This document shows positions 7,879 to 12,101 of a DNA stretch of 12,101 nucleotides, piece by piece. Source of the stretch: a candidate division WOR-3 bacterium (GTDB taxonomy: Bacteria; Hydrothermota; Tepidihabitantia; Tepidihabitantales; Tepidihabitantaceae); NCBI GenBank assembly GCA_965649205.1, contig CBFGJV010000010.1:11653-23753 (forward strand), read 5' to 3'. The notes under the pieces were generated by a model, which ran no database searches, had not been told where the DNA came from, and saw nothing but the letters and a program-made list of their open reading frames with translations. Within the stretch, counting starts at the first letter, position 1. Each line of letters opens with the position of its first letter. The translations under genes were made by a program, and so were the position numbers.

Positions 7879-8917
7879 GCTGCTGCGGCAGTTCCGAGCT
7901 GGCAACTCTAGAGCCTGCGCTCGTATTATATCTCTTGTCGAAGATGATGCCCCGGCGGCTGTGGAACTGCTCGATGCAATCTACCCGTATGTAGGTCAAG
8001 CCTATAGAGTGGGTATCACCGGACCACCGGGCGCGGGCAAAAGCACTCTGGTGGAAAAACTCGTCCACGCTTGCCGGAAACAAAACAGAAAGATAGGAAT
8101 CGTAGCAGTCGATCCCACTTCCCCCTTTTCCGGCGGGGCGATACTCGGCGACCGTGTCAGAATGTCTTCCTTGTTCATGGACCCAGGTGTATTTATACGC
8201 TCCATGGCCACAAGAGGCGGTACCGGCGGCCTGGCCTCCAGAACAAAGGAAGTGTGCGATGTGCTGGACGCCTTCGGAACAGACTGGATTTTCGTAGAAA
8301 CGGTGGGGGTAGGACAAGTAGAACTGGACATAGCCTCCGCAGCACATACGACGCTTGTCGTACTGGTGCCCGAATCAGGAGATTCAATACAGGTGATGAA
8401 AGCCGGGCTGATGGAGGTCGGGGATGTATTCTGTGTAAACAAAAGCGACAGACAGGGAGCCGACGGACTGGTCGTGGCGCTTGAGTCGGTGCTGGAACAG
8501 AAACGTGGCATCAACAGCTGGATACCGCCGGTTATCAAAACGACGGCTACGACCGGTGAAGGAGTCGAAGAACTGCTGGAGCGGCTTGACGCTCACCGCA
8601 AGCATCTGCTAACTTCCAAAACCCTGGAAAGACTTAAAGAGGCATACGTCCGTAACAAGATACGTGAACTGGTTGAGCTGGACCTGCTCAAACAAACCTG
8701 GAGCCGGGCAGAGATTGAACAGAAGCTGTCTGCGTTGGTGCAGGAGACGATGCAGGGAAAAACGACGCCCTATAGGGCAGCAGCGGAACTACTCCTCCTC
8801 CTGCGCGCAGACAGAAAAGACAGTGGCTGTGTTCTGCCGGGTGACCCGGAGAGCCGCCGCGAACGGCTTGAATGTTTGGCAGGTAACAAGGGAGACGCCA
8901 AACCCAAGGAGGTATAG
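7859..8917 (+). CDS. meaB: Acyl-CoA-mutase-associated GTPase chaperone (MeaB/ArgK)
   Basis: GITGPPGAGKST, AVDPTSPFSGGAILGDRVRM, FIRSMATRG..GGL, VETVGVGQ.E, GDSIQ.MKAGLME, NKSD. The GTG start overlaps cobO by 20 nt and the exact start is uncertain. Confidence 0.95.
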   Translation: MWESTAELLRQFRAGNSRACARIISLVEDDAPAAVELLDAIYPYVGQAYRVGITGPPGAGKSTLVEKLVHACRKQNRKIGIVAVDPTSPFSGGAILGDRVRMSSLFMDPGVFIRSMATRGGTGGLASRTKEVCDVLDAFGTDWIFVETVGVGQVELDIASAAHTTLVVLVPESGDSIQVMKAGLMEVGDVFCVNKSDRQGADGLVVALESVLEQKRGINSWIPPVIKTTATTGEGVEELLERLDAHRKHLLTSKTLERLKEAYVRNKIRELVELDLLKQTWSRAEIEQKLSALVQETMQGKTTPYRAAAELLLLLRADRKDSGCVLPGDPESRRERLECLAGNKGDAKPKEV

Positions 8918-10561
8918 TTGCGGGAGGATACATTACGACATAAACAAACAGAATGGGAAACCAAGCTGGGAACTACTCAACCCGGGGAAACTGTATCCGG
9001 ACTCCGGCTGAAACCGTTGTACACTCCCCTCGATTTGGAATCCTTTGATTATCTGGAGAAGCTGGGTTTTCCGGGTGAATTCCCGTTCACCCGCGGCATC
9101 CACAGCAATATGTATCTGGGAAGGCTGTGGACTATGCGCCAGTTTTCCGGATTCGGTACCGCCAGAGACACCAACCGTCGGTACAAATTCCTCCTGGAAC
9201 ATGGAGAGACTGGTCTCTCTGTGGCTTTTGACTATCCCACTCTCTACGGACGCGATTCGGACGACCCAAGGGCACGAGGTGAGGTTGGAAAATGCGGCGT
9301 GGCTATTTCTTCACTGGAAGACATGCAGGAGCTGTTCAGTGGCATTCCCTTGGACAAAGTCTCCACTTCCATGACTATCAACGGCCCAGCCGCGGTAATC
9401 TGGGCTATGTACATCGCCACCGCAGAAACGCAAGGAGTTGCTCCGGCAAAGCTGCGCGGCACCATACAGAACGACATACTGAAGGAATACATTGCGCAGA
9501 AGTCCTGGCTGTTTCCGCCCGAACCTTCGCTGCGGGTAATCACAGACATAATGGCTTTTGGGGCAAAAGAGGTGCCGCAATGGAACACCATCTCCATATC
9601 CGGATACCACATTAGAGAAGCTGGTTCCACCGCAGCACAGGAACTGGCTTTCACCCTCAAGGACGGGTTCACCTACGTCGAAGCTGGCATCAAGGCTGGC
9701 CTGGATGTGGATACCTTCGCACCCCGGCTTTCTTTCTTCTTCAACTCTCATCTCGATTTCTTCGAGGAAATTGCCAAGTTTCGCGCGGCACGCAGAATTT
9801 GGGCTAAAGAAATGCGTGATACCTATAAGGCGAAAGACCCGCGCTCTTGGCTCTTGCGATTCCATACCCAGACCGCCGGCTGCACCCTCACCGCGCAACA
9901 ACCGGAGAACAACATCGTCCGCACCGCCTTCCAGGCTCTGGCTGCAGTTCTGGGCGGAACCCAGAGCCTGCATACAAACTCGATGGATGAAACTTGGGCC
10001 CTGCCTACAGAAAAAGCGGTATTGATTGCGTTGCGCACACAACAACTGATTGCCGAAGAAACCGGGGTCACCAATGTGATAGACCCTCTAGGCGGCTCCT
10101 ATTTTATCGAATCCCTGACAGATGAACTGGAACGACAAGCGCGTGTCTATTTTGAGAAAATAGACGCCATGGGTGGCATGGTAAAAGCCATAGAGAACGG
10201 TTATCCGCAAAGAGAAATTGCCGATGCCGCATACCGCTACCAGAGGCTGATTGACGAAGGTAAACGCACAGTGGTGGGGGTTAACAAATACCAAATTAAG
10301 GGTGAGGCACTGGAAATACCGTTACTCAAGGTGGACCCGGAAGTGGAAAAGTCTCAAGCTGAGAGACTGGCGTCCCTGCGCCAGCGCCGGGACAGTCTCA
10401 AGGTTAAACAGGCGCTGGACGACTTGCGCGATGCCTGTCGCGGTAAGGACAATGTGATGTATCCCATACTGGAGGCCGTGAGGCGATACGCCACACTAGG
10501 AGAGGTTTGTCAGGCCATGAAGGATGTCTGGGGAGAGTTTCATGAACCGCCAACGTTCTGA
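8918..10561 (+). CDS. B12-dependent acyl-CoA mutase large (substrate-binding) subunit, isobutyryl-CoA-mutase-like
   Basis: 547 aa. [78 protein letters not shown] start with SD AAGGAGGT at 8906-8913. Family assignment is secure; substrate is inferred. Confidence 0.93.
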   Translation: MREDTLRHKQTEWETKLGTTQPGETVSGLRLKPLYTPLDLESFDYLEKLGFPGEFPFTRGIHSNMYLGRLWTMRQFSGFGTARDTNRRYKFLLEHGETGLSVAFDYPTLYGRDSDDPRARGEVGKCGVAISSLEDMQELFSGIPLDKVSTSMTINGPAAVIWAMYIATAETQGVAPAKLRGTIQNDILKEYIAQKSWLFPPEPSLRVITDIMAFGAKEVPQWNTISISGYHIREAGSTAAQELAFTLKDGFTYVEAGIKAGLDVDTFAPRLSFFFNSHLDFFEEIAKFRAARRIWAKEMRDTYKAKDPRSWLLRFHTQTAGCTLTAQQPENNIVRTAFQALAAVLGGTQSLHTNSMDETWALPTEKAVLIALRTQQLIAEETGVTNVIDPLGGSYFIESLTDELERQARVYFEKIDAMGGMVKAIENGYPQREIADAAYRYQRLIDEGKRTVVGVNKYQIKGEALEIPLLKVDPEVEKSQAERLASLRQRRDSLKVKQALDDLRDACRGKDNVMYPILEAVRRYATLGEVCQAMKDVWGEFHEPPTF

Positions 10562-10571
10562 GGAGACGAAG

Positions 10572-10973
10572 ATGAAAAAAAAGCTTAGAATCCTTGTGGC
10601 AAAGCCAGGACTCGACGGTCACGACCGAGGCGCGAAAGTGGTGGCGCGCGGACTGCGCGATGCCGGCTTTGAGGTTATCTATACCGGTTTGCACCAGACA
10701 CCAGAGATGATTGCGGAAACTGCTATCCAGGAAGACGTAGACGCTGTCGGTCTTTCTATCCTGTCGGGCGCCCATATGGTGCTCATACCAGAAACGATGC
10801 GATTATTGCGGGAAAAAGGTGCGGAGGACATACTTGTGTTCGGAGGCGGCATCATCCCGGAAGAAGACAAGGCCAAATTGTATGAGATGGGCTGTGGCAA
10901 ACTTTTCGGCCCAGGCACCACTATAGAAGAAATTGTTTCCTATCTGAGAAGCAAACTTTCACCGGAGGTATAA
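10572..10973 (+). CDS. Acyl-CoA mutase small (cobalamin-binding) subunit, 133 aa
   Basis: [12 protein letters not shown] (DxHxxG base-off/His-on motif), [22 protein letters not shown]. Start reassigned from 10524 to ATG 10572, which has SD AGGAG at 10561-10565. Confidence 0.95.
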   Translation: MKKKLRILVAKPGLDGHDRGAKVVARGLRDAGFEVIYTGLHQTPEMIAETAIQEDVDAVGLSILSGAHMVLIPETMRLLREKGAEDILVFGGGIIPEEDKAKLYEMGCGKLFGPGTTIEEIVSYLRSKLSPEV

Positions 10974-10974
10974 A

Positions 10975-11541
10975 ATGCCGACTCCAAGTGAAACAGAAAG
11001 ATTTCCTCAGCTGCAAAATCTAGACCGGTCACAACTGATTGAACTGCTGTGCGACGCTGCCAAAAACTGGCTGGCTCACGACGGAACCTGGTTTCAGGCA
11101 ATAGAGTCAGCCTATGGTATGGAAGCGGCGATACGGGCCGACGCCGAGGCATGGCGAAGGTTCACGGTCATCGAGGCCAAGAGGATTATGGAAAGGCACG
11201 GTATCAAGCCCGGAGGGGGCATACCAGCACTACTAAAAGCTCTCTCCTTCCGGCTGTACGCCTTTATAAACGAGCAGGACGTACCGGAGCAGAGTGCCAC
11301 CCGTGCCGTGTTCCGCATGCGCACCTGCAGAGTTCAGGCCGCGCGTAAACGCAAGGGCTTGCCCGATTTCCCCTGTAAAGAGGTAGGTCTAGTTGAGTAT
11401 GCAGGCTTTGCGCAGACGATTGACCCGCGAATTCAGACCCGCTGTCTTTTCTGTCCACCTGATGACCACCCAGACGACGCCTGGTGCGCATGGGAATTCA
11501 CTCTGGCAAAACCAGAGACAGACTCGCTGGTAAGATGGTAG
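10975..11541 (+). CDS. Conserved hypothetical protein, DUF6125-like (Cys-rich)
   Basis: 188 aa. KNWLAHDGTWFQA.E..YG.EAA...D..AW..F...EA.RI, then CRVQ.AR.RKGL..FPCK, C.FCPPD and WC.WEF. Family recognised from memory, not by HMM. Starts 1 nt after the small-subunit stop. Confidence 0.75.
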   Translation: MPTPSETERFPQLQNLDRSQLIELLCDAAKNWLAHDGTWFQAIESAYGMEAAIRADAEAWRRFTVIEAKRIMERHGIKPGGGIPALLKALSFRLYAFINEQDVPEQSATRAVFRMRTCRVQAARKRKGLPDFPCKEVGLVEYAGFAQTIDPRIQTRCLFCPPDDHPDDAWCAWEFTLAKPETDSLVRW

Positions 11542-11548
11542 GAAGGAA

Positions 11549-12101
11549 GTGACAAAAGAAAAACGCAGTTTCACAGTACGCGATCTGCCTACGCCGGAAC
11601 GGCCGCGCGAAAGACTAATACGGGAAGGACCCAGGGCCCTCACGCGTGAAGAAGTGTTGGCTGTAATCCTCGGGCGTGGCACCAGCGGACGTTCGGTTCT
11701 GGACATAGCCCGTGACCTAATTGTCAAGTTCAAAACCATCGGTGCCCTGGCCGACGCAACGATTCAGGAACTTCAGCAGATTGAAGGAATTGGCAAGGCA
11801 AAGGCCTGTCAACTGAAGGCGGCACTGGAATTGGCCCGACGCACTACAGAGTACGAAGACGAAGAGAAAGGGGCAGATCTCAGCAAAGCCGAAGTGGTAG
11901 CCAAACTGGTAGGTCCAAGAGTGCGAACTGAGAAAAAGGAGTGTTTTTACTCTCTAGTGGCTGACTCACGCGGTCGCCTTCTGGCCTGGGACACCGTCTC
12001 TGTGGGCTCGCTGGACACAACTCTGGCGCACCCGCGTGAGGTATTTCAGGAGGCAGTCAGAGCAAAAGCTTCAGCCATAGTGGTAGTGCACAACCATCCT
12101 T
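11549..12101 (+). CDS. radC: RadC (UPF0758, JAB domain) protein, partial; runs off the right edge
   Basis: Not in the ORF track. The frame from GTG 11549 is open to the window end: MTKEKRSFTVRDLPTPERPRERLIREGPRAL..LAVILGRG..IEGIGKAKACQLKAALEL..GSLDTTLAHPREVF..AIVVVHNHP. Confidence 0.93.
   Translation, partial: MTKEKRSFTVRDLPTPERPRERLIREGPRALTREEVLAVILGRGTSGRSVLDIARDLIVKFKTIGALADATIQELQQIEGIGKAKACQLKAALELARRTTEYEDEEKGADLSKAEVVAKLVGPRVRTEKKECFYSLVADSRGRLLAWDTVSVGSLDTTLAHPREVFQEAVRAKASAIVVVHNHP

Noticed and set aside
10524..10571. ORF-track N-terminal extension of the small mutase subunit
   Set aside because: It overlaps the large-subunit gene. ATG 10572 has an SD and gives the typical family N-terminus.
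4326..11739. Numerous antisense and alternate-frame ORFs overlapping uvrA, meaB, the mutase genes and radC (e.g. 9311-10045, 8002-8538)
   Set aside because: They are shadow ORFs of well-supported genes and have no recognisable motifs.
11549..12101. radC as a marker of a mobile element
   Set aside because: It has the full-length chromosomal-type N-terminus (ERPRERL, HhH-like GIGKAKA). No integrase, transposase or att-like repeats are visible in the window.

Overview
Bacterial chromosomal window with two divergent gene blocks separated by a ~650-bp non-coding stretch (3686-4334). The minus strand carries a putative lipoprotein, an O6-methylguanine methyltransferase (ogt), an MBL-fold hydrolase, a pyrimidine-nucleoside phosphorylase, a bactofilin and the 5' end of an SDR oxidoreductase. 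The plus strand carries uvrA, then a tightly packed coenzyme-B12 module (CobO/BtuR adenosyltransferase, MeaB GTPase, and a split acyl-CoA mutase with large and small subunits), a DUF6125-like Cys-rich protein, and a partial radC. Four points stand out. (1) The mutase carries isobutyryl-CoA-mutase-type specificity residues (Phe76, Gln194) instead of the methylmalonyl-CoA mutase Tyr/Arg. (2) Five sigma70-like promoters all have a 16-bp spacer, and four of them sit 5-12 nt from an ATG that lacks an SD, suggesting leaderless or short-leader mRNAs. (3) The intergenic region holds an AT-rich 22-bp palindrome. (4) The same region holds a highly degenerate 12-bp-period tandem array. No rRNA, tRNA, CRISPR array or mobile element was recognised. 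All calls come from motif reading by eye; no database searches were run.
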